Source of the DNA: Okamejei kenojei | Taxonomy: Eukaryota | Direction: 5' to 3' | Assembly: GCA_035221665.1 (NCBI GenBank) | Contig: CM069133.1 | Location: 130,510,001 to 130,574,000, forward strand | DNA length: 64,000 bases | In this document: positions 23,315 to 34,845 of the stretch, in pieces | Numbering within the stretch: position 1 is the first letter of the stretch | Layout: each line of letters begins with the position of its first letter | Notes under the pieces: generated by a model | Databases searched by the model: none | What the model saw: the letters and a program-made list of their open reading frames with translations, nothing else | Told to the model about the DNA's origin: nothing | Translations under genes and position numbers: made by a program

Positions 23315-23902
23315 ACGGTTCCCGAACTCAGGGATTTTTTGTTGGTATTAATGAATACATTATTGTTTTTCAGCTCTGTTACGTCTGAAATACGTTAACA
23401 CACTTCCTCCATCAGTTATTACGGCAGTGTGTGAGCATGGACGTGGTCTAGGGCATGAAATCACAGAGCTTTGAAATCTTCACGAAGTCACTCACGTGAC
23501 TCCGAAGTATAATAGTAAGATTAAATGAGAACTTACCAGTTTGAAGTTTGATCCTTATTTTATGAGGAGTTACGATGAGGGATTTTGTGCCCTCCGCTCC
23601 CAAACCTCTATCATAAGGTCAAGTGGTATATGGTTTCCCTTAATCTTACTATCTACAGTCAGTTCTGCTATCTGTGATTTCACACCGCTGCTTTGAAGAA
23701 TGTCACGTATGCGTGCTGGCGGGGTCTTCCCGAAATCCCTCATCGTAACTCCTCATAAAATAAGGATCAAACTTCAAGCTGGTAAGTTCTCGGTTAATCT
23801 TACTATCATATTGAATGGCGGTGCAGGCTCGCCTGCACCTATTTTCTATGTTTCTATGTCAGCTGGTGTTAGCTGTAGTTAACACCCACACGCTACCATT
23901 TT

Positions 23903-26725
23903 AGACAATAGATAATAGGTGTAGGAGTAGGCCATTCGGACCTTTGAGCCAGCCCTGCCATTCAATGTGATCATGGCTGATCATCCACAATCAGTACCCT
24001 CTTCCTGCCTTCTCTCCATATACCTTAACTCCACTATCCCTACGAGCTCTCTCTTGAAAGCATCCAGAGAACCAGCCTCCACCGCACTCTGAGGCAGAGA
24101 ATTCCACACACTCACAACTGTGTGGAAAAGTGATTCCTCATCTCCATTCTAAATGGCTTACCACTTATTCTTAAACTATGGCCCCTGGTACTGGACTCCC
24201 CCCAACATTGGAAACATGTTTCCTGCATCTAGCATGTCTAAACCGTTAATAATCTTACAGGTTTCAATAAGATCCCCTCTCATCCTTCTGAATTCCAGAG
24301 TATACAAGCCCAGCCCCTCCAATCTATCAGCATATGACAGTCCCGCCATCCCAGAAATTAACCTTGTGAACCTCTGCTGCATTCCCCCAATAGCAAGAAT
24401 GTCCTTCCTCAAGTTTGGAGACCAGAACTGCACACAATACTCCAGGTGTGCTCACTGGGGCCCTGTACAACTGCAGGAGGACATCTTTGTTCCTATACTC
24501 AACTCCTCTTGTTAAGAAGGCCAACGTGCCACTCGCTTTCTTCACTGCCTGCTGTACCTACATGCTTACTTTCAGTGACTAATGAATAAGGATCCCCAGA
24601 TCCCATTGTACTTCCCCTTTTCCCAACTTGACACCATTTAGATAGTAATCTGCCTTCCTGTTTTTGCCCCAAAGTGGATAACCTCACATTTATCCACATT
24701 AAACTGCATCTGCCATGTATTTGCCCACTCCCCCAACCTGTCCAAGTCACCCTGCATCCTCATAGCATCCTTCTCACAGTTCACACTGCCACCCAGCTTT
24801 GTGTCATCTGCAAATTTGCTAATGTTACTTTTAATCCCATCATCCAAATCATTAATATAAATTGTAAATAGCAGCGGTCCAAGCACCGAGCCTTGCGGTA
24901 CCCCACTCGTCACTGCCTGCCATTCCGAAAGGGATCCGTTAATTCCTACTCTTTGTTTCCTGTCTGCCAACCAATTTTTTTTATCCATGTTAGCACTCTA
25001 CCCCCAATACCACGAGCCCTAATTTTGCCCACCAATCTCCTATGTGGGACCTTATTAAATGCTTTTTGAAAGCCCAGGTACACTATATCCACTAGCTCTC
25101 CCTTTTCCATTATCCTGGTTACATCCTCAAAAAATTCCAGAAGATTAGTCAAGCATGATTTCCCCTTCGTAAATCCATGCTGACTCAGACCGATCCCACT
25201 TCTGCTATCCAAATGTGCCGCTATTTCATCTTTTATTATTGACCCCAGCATCTTCCCCACCACTAATGTCAGGCTAACTGCTCTATAATTCCCTATTTTT
25301 CTTTTTTCTGCTGCCCTTTTTAAAGAGTGGGACAACATTATCTAACCTCCAATCCACAGCAACTAATCCTGAATCTATAGAATATTGGAAAATTATCACC
25401 AATGTGTCCACAATTTCTAAAGCCACTTAAGTACCCTGGGGTGCAGACCAGCAGGCCCTGGGGATTTATCAGCCTCCAGTCCCATCAGCTTACCCAACAC
25501 CATTTCCTGCCTAATGTGAATCTCCTTCAGTTCCTCCGTCACCCCAGATCCTGCGGCTAGTACATCAGGAAGATTGTTTGTTTTCCTTAGGGTGAAGACG
25601 AATCCAAATTACTTGTTCAACTCATCTGCCATTTCCTTGTTCCCCATAATGAATTCATCCTTTTCAGTCTTCAAGGGTCTAACTTTGGCCTGAACTCGTT
25701 TTTTTTTCCTCTTCACATACATAAATAAGCTTTTACTATCCTCCTTTAAATTCTTGGCTAGCTTACCTTCATACCTCATAATTTCTCCCCGTATTGCCTT
25801 TTTAGTTGTCTTCTGTTGCTCTTTAAAAGATACCCAATCCTCTGGCTTCCCGCTTATCTTTGCTATGTTATATTTCTTCTCTTTTATTTTTATACTCTCC
25901 CTGACTTCCCTTGTCAGCCACGGTCACCCCTTACTCCCCTTGGAATCCTTCTTCCTCTTTGGAATGAACTGTTCCTGCTGTATTCCTTCTGAATACCTTC
26001 TGTATTTTATTCCCAGAATTACCTGCCATTGTTGTTCCACTGTCATTCCTGCTAGGGTATCTTTCCAGTCAACTTTGGCCTACTCCTCCATCATGACTCC
26101 ATAGTCCCCTTTGCTCAACTGTAATACTGACACCTCCGATTTACCCTTCTCCCTCTCACATTGTAGATTAAAACTTATCATATTTTGGTCCTGTACCTCG
26201 AGTTCCCTTATCAAATCTGGTTCATTGCATAACACTAAGTCCAGAATTGCCTTCTCCCTGGTAGGCTCCAGTAAAAGCTGCTCTAAGAATCCATCATGGA
26301 GGCACTCTACAAACTCCATTTCTTGGGGTCCAGTTCCAACCTGATTTTCCTAGTACCTGCATGTTGAAATCTCCCATAACAACTGTAGCATTACCTTTGT
26401 GACATGCCAATTTTAACTCTTGTTTCAACTTACACCCTATATCCAGGCTACTGTTTGGGGGGCTGTAGATAACTCCCATTAGGGTTCTTACCCTAAGAAT
26501 TCCTCTGTTCTATCCAGATTGACTTTACATCTCCTGATTCTATGTCACCCCTCACAAGGGACTGAATTTCATTCCTCACCAACAGAGCTACTCCACCCCC
26601 TCTGCCCACCTGTCTGTCTTTTCGATAGGACATATACCCTTGAATATTCAATTCCCAGCCATGGTCCTCTTGCAGCCATGTGTCTGTAATTCCCACAACA
26701 TCATACTTGCCAATTTCTAACTGAG
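23903..26725 (-). mobile_element. CR1 LINE covering most of ORF2 (AP endonuclease + RT), disrupted
   Basis: GITDTWL...[57 protein letters not shown]; (ctatt)-type tail at about 23903. Confidence 0.93.
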
Positions 26726-27189
26726 TTTGCCATTTCTCTCCAAGATGTTCTATAATTTTGATTCTGTCTCAGCTGTTTGGCTTCCAATTTTCCCTCTAGA
26801 TTTGGCTGAACGAAGGTCAATTTTGGAGCAAGTTGATGCCAACCATCAAGTGCCCTTCTGCACTAACCCTAACATAATTTGACATTTTGTACAGATACAG
26901 TAATAACTCAATTCACGTGACAATTAAACCACAAAAAAAACTATCAGAAAATGCAAAATCTGGAAGGCATCAAAGTTACACATGGAGATAAATTCTTCAT
27001 AGGTCACTGAGATTCATCCCACATCTCTATTTTTGTTACAAATCTGTAATGCTACAATTATCAATGGTTAGGATCATTTCAACCCTATAACTTTTGTACT
27101 GCTTCTGCTTTCCATGGCATCACATTATTTTATAATGTAATGTTCCTTTTGGAACCCATTTCTAATGGAAGAATGGCTTTGTTGTGCTC

Positions 27190-27680
27190 CCTCATAACTG
27201 GAGAGGGACCAACATCCTAGCAGGCAGACTTTGCTAATGCTACACAGGAGGGATTAAACTGGGGTGGCAGGGGGTGGAATCTCGTAGACGACAGAGGCAC
27301 ATGAGAGGCTAGAAGTTGGTATGGAGTGTGATGTGGGAAAGGTTAGAGGACAGAATAGGCAGGTGAAAGGCAGAGAGCGAGGAAGAGGGTTGGTTTAAAC
27401 TGCATGTATTTTAATGCAAGGGGCCTGACGGGTAAGGCAGATGAGCTTGGGGCATGGATAGGTACGAGCGACTGGGACGTTGTAGCCATGACTGAAACCT
27501 GGTTAAGGGAGGGGCAGAACTGGCAGCTCAATGTTCTGGGGTACAGGGTTTTAGGAGAGACAAGGATGAGAGAAAAAGAGGAGGGGGGTTGCATTGTTGG
27601 TTAAGGAGGATAATATGGCAGTGATCAGAGGTGACATTACAGATGGTTCATATAGTGAGTGTGGAGCTGAGAATAAGACA
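27190..27680 (+). mobile_element. CR1 ORF1 (esterase-type) end and ORF2 start
   Basis: NWRGTNILAGR.. then MYFNARGLTGKADEL...VVAMTETWL. A same-strand CR1 3' piece follows the PLE at 29660. Confidence 0.75.
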
Positions 27681-27726
27681 AAAAAAACAAAAATAAACAA
27701 ATAAAAAGTGAGTATAGAAGTTGGGA

Positions 27727-29357
27727 GGTAGACAAATGCTGGAGAAACTCAGCGGGTGAGGCAGCATCTATGGAGCGAAGGAAATAGGTGACGTTTCAGA
27801 TCGAGAACCTTCTTCAGACTGATGTGGGGGTGGGGAAGAAGAAAGGAAGAGGCGGAGAAGTGGGCTGTGGGAGAGCTGGGAAGGGCAGGGGAAAGAAGGA
27901 GAAAGCAGGGACTAAGTAAAATTGGAGAAGTCAATGTTCATACCACTGGGGTGTAAACTACCTCATCAGAATATGAGGTGCTGCTCCTCCAATTTACAGT
28001 GGGTCTCACTCTGGCCATGGAGGAGACCCAGGACAGAAAGGTCGGATTCGGAATGGGAGTGGGAGTTGAAGTGCTGAGCCACCAGGAGCTCAGGTTGGTT
28101 ATTGCGAACCAAGCGGAGGTGTTGGGCGAAGCGATCGCCAAGCCTATGCTTGGTCTCACTGATGTAGAACAGCTGACACATAGAGCAGCGGATGCGATAG
28201 ATGAGGTTGGAGGAGGTGCAGGTGAACCTCTGCCGCACCTGGAAAGACTGCTTGGGTCCTTGGATGGAGTCAAGGGGGGAGGTAAAGTGACTAGTGTAGC
28301 ATTTCCTGCGTTTGCAAAGGAAAATGCCAGGAGTGGTTTGGGTGGGAAGGGGCGAATGGACCCTTCGGAGGTGCGGAGGGAGCGGTCTCTGCGGAAAGCA
28401 GACAGGGGAGGAGATGGGAAGATGTGGCCAGTGGTGGGATCCCATTGGAGGTGGCGAAGATGTCGGAGGATTATTTGTTGTATGTATTAGCTGGTAGGGT
28501 GAAAGTTCAGGACAAGGGGGATTCTGCCCTTGTTACGAGTGGGGCGATAAGGATTGAGAGCAGAGTTATGGGGTATAGAAGAGACCCTGGTGAGAGCCTC
28601 CTCTAAGGTAGAAGAGGGGAACCCCCGTTCCCTAAAGAATGAGGACATCTCCGATGCCCTGGTGAGGAACACATCCTGGGTGGAGATGTGGTATAGACGG
28701 AGGAATTGGGAGTAGGGGATAGAGTCCTTACAGGAAGCAGGGTGGGAAGAAGTGTAGTCCAGATAGCCAAAGGATCAGTGGGTTTATAGTTGATGTCAGT
28801 CAGCAGTCTGTCACCTGCGATGGAGATAGTGAGGTCAGGAAACAATAGGGAGATGTCAGAAATGATCCAGGTGAATTTGAGTGCCGGATGGAAGTTAGTG
28901 CTGAAATGGATGAAGTCAGTGAGTTCTGCATGGGTGCAGGAGGTAGCATCAATGCAGTCATCGATGTAGGGGAGGTTGAGTTCGGGGATAGGGCCATGGT
29001 ATGCCTCGAACAAGGATTGCTCGACATACCCTACAAAGGGGCAGGTATAGCTGAGGCCCACGCGCATGCCCATAGCTATGCCTTGGATTTGGTGGAAATG
29101 GGAGGAGTCAAATGAAAAATTGTTAAGGGTAAGGACCAGCTCCGCCCAGGCAGAGGAGAGTATTAGTAGATGTGTATTGGTTGGTTCTGCGAATGAGGAA
29201 GAAACGGAAGGCTTTAAGACCCTCCTGGTGGGGGATGGAAGTGTAGAATGATTGGACGTCCATGGTGAAGATGCAGGAATGGGGGCCTAGAAAACGGAAG
29301 TCATGGAGGAGACGAAAAGCGTGTGAGGTGTCTTGAACATAGGTAGGGAGGGATTTA

Positions 29358-29396
<39 letters not shown>

Positions 29397-29660
29397 ATAG
29401 GATGGAGTCGAAGTATGTGGAAATATGTTTTGTGGGGCATGAACAGACAGAAACAATGGATGTGCCAGGCCAGTCAGGTTTGTGGATTTTGGGGAGAAGG
29501 TAAAATCGGGCCGTGTGGTGCTGGGGAACGCTGAGGATGGAGGCTTGGGACGGCAGGGAGCCGGAAGTAATGATGTCAGTGATGGTGGTAGAGATAATGG
29601 TCTGGTGCTCGTCTGTGGGGTCATGGTCCAAGGATAAGTAGGAGGAGGATTTTGAGAGTT
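27727..29660 (-). mobile_element. Penelope-like element (RT + GIY-YIG endonuclease) with 3' pseudo-LTR, frameshifted
   Basis: RFYLLPKIHKP, FTMDVQSFYTSIPH, YIDDC, NFHPALKFT, IPLVLNFHP; GIY-YIG NLIYRIRCSMCQLFYISETKHRLGDRFAQH. Pseudo-LTR with hammerhead-like core at about 27790-27817. Confidence 0.92.
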
Positions 29661-30155
29661 GGGAGATCATGTTGCTGTTGTATAAGATGTTGGTGGGACC
29701 GCATTTATAATATTGTGTTCAGTTCTGATCACCATGTTCAAGGAAAGATATTGTCAAGCTTGAAAGGGTTCAAAACAGATTTACGAGGATGGTGCCAGGA
29801 CGAGAGGGTGTGAGCTATAGGGAAAGGTTGAGTAGGCCGAGTCCCTATTTCATGGAGCGCAGGAGGATGACAGGGGATCTTATAAAGGTGTACAAAATCA
29901 CGAGCATTAGATTGGGTAGATGCACAGAGTCTCTTGTCCAGAGTAGGGGAATCGAAGACCAGAGGACATGTGTTCAAGGTGAAGGGGGAAATGATTTAAT
30001 AGGAATCTGAGGGGTAACTTTCACACAAAGGGTGGTGGGTGTATGGAACAAGTGCCAGAGGATATAGTTGAGGCTGGAATTATACAATTGTTTAAGAAAC
30101 AGTTAAACAGGTGCATGGATAGGACAGGTTTGGAGGGAAAAGGACCAAGCGCAGG
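29660..30155 (+). mobile_element. CR1 3' fragment
   Basis: GVSYRERLSR...MERRRMTGDLIKVYKI. Confidence 0.8.
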
Positions 30156-30212
30156 CTGAGGGATATGGACCAAGCGCAGGCTGGTGCAACTGTACATTAA
30201 ACTCTTGATAGG

Positions 30213-30422
30213 TGTAGGTTGATGTTGCATGTTAACCAATCACACACCAGCCAGCATCTCTAACTCCACCCCACTGTAATACTTGTATTAACACTTGTTT
30301 CCCAGCACGGACAGTTGGAGCAGCCAGGATGTACTGACAACTAATCATCCTTCATGCTGTGAAGTTTCAGTGCTGATTAAAGATGTATTAGAATCACGTA
30401 CTGAGTCTGGAGGTCGTTTACA
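30213..30422 (+). repeat. 5' LTR (210 bp, TGTA...TACA)
   Basis: Matches 33354-33514 with few mismatches; attaaa signal near its 3' end. Confidence 0.9.
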
Positions 30423-30440
30423 TGGTGTCAGAAGTGGGAT
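30423..30440 (+). promoter_or_regulatory. Primer-binding site complementary to the tRNA-Leu 3' end
   Basis: tggtgtcagaagtgggat immediately after the LTR's terminal CA; complements ...AUCCCACUUCUGACACCA. Confidence 0.85.
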
Positions 30441-30966
30441 GAATGGCATTAGTGACCTAAAGCTCAGATCAGAGCTTCTGAGACGGCCAGATTTGACACT
30501 GGATGAGGCAGCGCATGCATGCAGAACAGCAGAATTCATCGACCCTATAGACAGTTCGCACAAAACCAAAACCATCCATCTGACGGGCCTCACTAGGCAG
30601 CGAACCAACACTGATAACAGGCGATTTATGACCCAAGCTAGTCAGGCGGCTCTTGGCGATCCTCAGAAGAAATGCCCAAATTTCAACTACTCACACAGCA
30701 GACAATCAGCTTTCCCCACTTTTGGTAAATCATGCAATTACTGTATAAAAAATCACTTTGCCTCTGCATGTCGGGCAGCAAGTCGGGCCAGTGGGAAGAA
30801 TTCCCCTAGCGTCAGGTCTAACCTCAATATCTTGCAATGAGACAGCAACAATCTCTCTCCCCATTTCCAGTTCGAATCTGCCCCCGAACAGAGTCCAATT
30901 AACTCACAAGAGGACCCGACTGTTTACTCGTTACAGCTTGCTGCTGCTAAGAATTATGATCCGACC

Positions 30967-33136
30967 GTGACAGTAACTGTAAACAACGTCCATTTTGGCA
31001 TGAAATTAGATACTGGGGCAAAAGTAAACACAATGTCAATCAACCTCTTCAACAAGATAAAAACTAACAAGCCACTGATCAAGGACAAATCCACTCTACA
31101 TGCTTTTGGAGGGGAGGTGCTGGTGCCTCTGGGCAAAATCAACTTGAAATGGGTGCTGAAAAAAGCCACGAGGAATTTGACCTTCTATGTCTTTAACTTT
31201 AATTCAGTTACTCTGCTTGGCAACTGGGCCTGTCAGGAACTGGGGCTGATCTCCTTTGACAAAACGGTCCACAAGCTGCAAATTTCCCTGGACCCGCTGA
31301 GTTAATTCCCTGATCATTTCGACAATAACCTGGGCAAGTGCGGGAGTTGACAAAAAAAAGGACACAGCATGGACATGGCTCAAGCAACATCAGATTGCTT
31401 TCGATGTTTTAAAGTCCAAACTGACCAGTGCACTGACCATGATTTTTCTTTTTTCCTGAAACGTCGGGTAACGATCACCTGCGATGCTTTGAAATTCGGG
31501 CTCAGCGCTGCCTGCTTGCAACCATCTGCCGAGGGGACCCTACTACCTGTCTCGTATGCCTCTCGCACCATGACCGACATGGAGCAGCACTACGCGCAAA
31601 TCGAAAAGGAACTGTTGGCTGTCGTCTTTGCTTGCTCCAAATTCCAAGACTTGATCTTTGGCAACACCTTCATGGTCGAGACGGACCACCAACCACTAGT
31701 AACAATCCTGAACAAGCCCATCCACGCCGCGCCAGCTCGTTTGCTGCGTATGATGATGCAGCTGCAGCGGTACAATTTCTCTATTACCTACACTAAGGGT
31801 AAGGACATGCACGTCACTGACACTCTCTCCCATGCACCTCGGGCATCTTGCGAACAACATCCCCATGAACAGAAAAATGTCATGGTCCTCGGTGTCAATT
31901 TCATCTCCAGCAAGTAACTGCGCACCTTGGCCACGCACACCGCCACTGACGATACGCTTCAAATCCTCTCCTCCATCATCAAAACAGGCTGGCCAGACAG
32001 ACAATCCAACACGCTCACAGTGGTGCAGCCTTTCTTCCTGGTTCGTGATGAACTGGTAGTTCAGGATGGGGTTGTCATCAAGGGTCACAAGGTAGTGATA
32101 CCCTCATCGCTACAAGACGCATACTTCAAAGAGGCACACAGCGGTCACCCAGGAGCCGACGCCACACTGGCACGTGCCCGTAGTCTGTTCTACTGGCCGG
32201 GAATGGCCAGTTACATCTGGGACCGCGTAGCCTCCTGCCCCGCTTGCAACAGCCTTGCGCCTCATCAGCAACGACTTCCACCAGCTCTGCCTCTGGACGT
32301 CGCTGGCGGCAGACATTTTCGAATGGTGCGGGAAGCACTACCTTGTTCTAGTCGACTCCTTTTCTAATTGGTTTGAACTGGACCAACTGACCTCACTCAT
32401 ATCTGAGATGGTCATCCCGAAGCTGAAAAGACACTTCTCTACCTTTGGCTCTCCCGTCAGCCTGAGAACTGACAATGATCGGCAGTTCATCAGCCACATG
32501 TTCAGGCTTTTCGCAGACCGATGGAACTTCCAGCTCGTCACGAGCAGTCCCGAGTATCCACAGAGTAATGGACTCGCTGAACGCGCTGTCAGAAGCGCCA
32601 AACACTTGCTGGAGCGAGCACAGATTTCAAAGTCAGACGTTTATCTCGATCTCCTGAATCTCAGAAACGTTGCCAGGGACGGAACCCTGGGATCGCCGGC
32701 ACAGCGACTGATGTTGAGATTGACGAGGCCTCCGGTACCCATCGCACAGTGGCAACTGGTCCCTCAGGTGCTGAAGCCTGCCACTATCCAGAAACATCTA
32801 CAAGAGAAGCACGATATCCAGAAAAGGTCATACGGCAATTCCAGCAGACCACTCAAGCCTCTACGTCCGGGTCAGGTCGTCCGCCTACGAACCTCAACTG
32901 GACATTCCCGTCTGGGCACTGTTGTCAACCCGACTGACGAGCCACGGTCTTACCTGGTAGACTGTGAGGGAGCGGTATACCGGAGAAGTCGACAACACCT
33001 GCTTGCTGTGAGGGAGCCTCGACCACCGCCTGCTGGTCCCTATGCTTCACTGCTCCAGTTCCAGCCGCCTTTTGCAATGTCTACCACCCGTCCCCGCATG
33101 TCTTGCACCCCTCCATGTCCCGCGGTTCTCCACTAA
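30967..33136 (+). pseudogene. Gypsy pol remnants: protease, RNase H, integrase
   Basis: MKLDTGAKVN; PVSYASRTMT...YAQIEKELLAVVFA; EAHSGHPG..C..C; ADIF..TDN..PQSNGLAERAV. No YxDD RT core between protease and RNase H. Confidence 0.9.
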
Positions 33137-33342
33137 CCACGGGGCCTCAGCCAACGCATGTTTCCCCTTTCGGTCACCACAAGCTTCCACCACGTCATTC
33201 TCACCTCCAGGCTCTCCATCTCATCTTTCAGGTGAGGGGTGGGGGGAGGGTTTGGTCCGCACGCACTCGAGCCGTGTTAGTAGACCACCAGACAGATATG
33301 GCGAGTATGTTTAACCCCATGGCTCTTCCACACTTAATCCTT

Positions 33343-33514
33343 AGGGGGAAGGATGTAGATTGATGTTGCATGTTAACCAATCACACACCAGCCAGCATCT
33401 CTAACTCCACCCCACTGTAATACTTATACTAACACTTGTTTCCCAGCACAGACAGTTGGAGCAGCCAGGATGTACTGATAACTAATCATCCTTCATGCTG
33501 ATTAGTTTCAGTGC
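33343..33514 (+). repeat. Polypurine tract (33343-33353) and truncated 3' LTR (33354-33514)
   Basis: agggggaagga then tgtagattgatgttgcatg...; LTR homology stops at tttcagtgc. Confidence 0.88.
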
Positions 33515-33897
33515 CCGTACAGCCGTTGGTGCGTCGGTCTGCGGCGTGAATTCACAGTGCTTTGAAGTCTTCACGTAGTCACTCACGTGACTCCGAAGTA
33601 AAATAGTAAGATTAAACGAGAACTTACCAGTTTAAAGTTTGATCTTTATTTTATGAGGAGTCGAGTTGAGGGACTACGTGCCCTCCGCTCCCACCCTCAT
33701 AGATCTCATCTGGTAGTTCTAGTTTTATCATCTTACCATTATACTTCAGTCATTGTTAGCTGTGAATTCATTCCGCTGCTTTGAAGATTGACGCACCAAC
33801 GGCTGTACGGGCTTCTATTCACGTGGTCCCTCAACTCGACTCCTCATAAAATAAAGATCAAACTTCAAACTGGTAAGTTCTCGTTTAATCTTACTAT
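33513..33897 (+). mobile_element. Non-coding DIRS terminal module (copy C), possibly a miniature non-autonomous DIRS
   Basis: ICR about 33600-33680 vs terminus 33820-33900. Perfect 23-bp inverted pair 33513-33535 / 33790-33812. No ORF. Confidence 0.8.
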
Positions 33898-33900
33898 TTT

Positions 33901-34629
33901 GTCCCGCTGTTAGTTTATTTCGGTTTATTTTAGTTGTGTATGTTTGGGGGGGTGGGTGAAACTTGTTTTTTGACTCTTCCTTCGGGGCGATGCGACCTTT
34001 CTTGCCGTATCCCCCGTCTCCGTCTGCGCTGAGGCCTATCGCGGAGTTGACGGCCTCCAACGGGGCCCGACCTCGAGGCTCCGGAGGCAGAGCCAGGTCT
34101 TACCAACGCGAGGCTGGCCAACTTCGGGGCTGTGGTGGCGTTGCGACCCGACTTCCGACCGGACTTCGGAGACTCGGCCGCGGACCGAGTGGTCTCGGCC
34201 GTGGGCCAGTGGGCGGCATCGTCGGGAGCTCGCAGGTCACAGGTTGGTGACCTGTTTTTCCATAGCTCCCGCAACAACAGCTGCGCCCGCTGGACTGGAG
34301 GGCGGCAGCTTCGGCCGCACCGGGCCGCGGTGTTTGCACCGGCCCGTTCGCGGAGCTCGGATGCGGCCGCTGGACTTACCATCACCCGGCTGGGTCACAA
34401 CATCGGAGGCCTGGATCGCCTCAGCGCAGAGGGAGAGCAAGGAGGGAAGAGACAAGGACTTTGGGACTTTTGCCTTCCATCACAGTGAGGAGGTGCCTGG
34501 TGGACTCACTGTGGTGGATGTAAAACTGTGTTGAGTGTGTGTTTTGTTATTTATTCTATGTATGACTGCCGGCTAAACCATTTTGTTGTACTGAAAAGTG
34601 CAATGACAATAAATTGAATCTGAATCTGA
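33901..34629 (+). repeat. GC/CpG-rich interspersed repeat ending in a Rex1-like tail
   Basis: GC-rich body without recognisable domains; ends gacaataaattgaatctgaatctga, similar to gacaataaa...cttgacttgactt at about 46480. Confidence 0.45.
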
Positions 34630-34634
34630 GGTTT

Positions 34635-34845
34635 AGGCCATTCGGCCCTTTGAGCCAGCATCGCCATTCAATATGATCATGGCTGATCATCCAAAATCAG
34701 TACCCTGTTCCTGCTTTCTCCTCTTATCCCTTGATTCTGTTAGCCCTAAGGGATAAATATAACTCTCTCTTGAAAAGCAACCAGTGAATTGGCCTCCACT
34801 GCCTTCTGTGGCAGGGAATTCCACAGATTCACAACTCACTGGGTG
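34635..34845 (-). mobile_element. CR1 3' end
   Basis: aggccattcggccc...gccttctgtggcagggaattccacagattcac. Confidence 0.75.

Larger units (their letters stand above)
19417..23806 (+). mobile_element. End-to-end DIRS retrotransposon (copy B), internally deleted (no recognisable RT), ~4.4 kb
   Basis: 5' end tttacttcggagtcacgtgagt is complementary to the ICR (about 23490-23510). Contains a GC-rich ORF1, RNase H tail, MT and YR remnants. ICR about 23512-23585 pairs with terminus about 23733-23806. Confidence 0.93.
30213..33514 (+). mobile_element. Gypsy/Ty3 LTR retrotransposon with RT deleted and 3' LTR truncated
   Basis: Direct LTRs, PBS, PPT, gag zinc-knuckle remnant, protease LDTGA, RNase H and integrase. 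Confidence 0.93.

Noticed and set aside
29361-29395. Poly-proline domain or functional G-quadruplex (also 20176-20205)
   Set aside because: Pure G homopolymers inside dead TE frames; likely slippage or sequencing-length error.
33930-34534. Overlapping GC-rich ORFs as a host gene
   Set aside because: Stop-poor GC-rich sequence gives ORFs on both strands with no recognisable domain.
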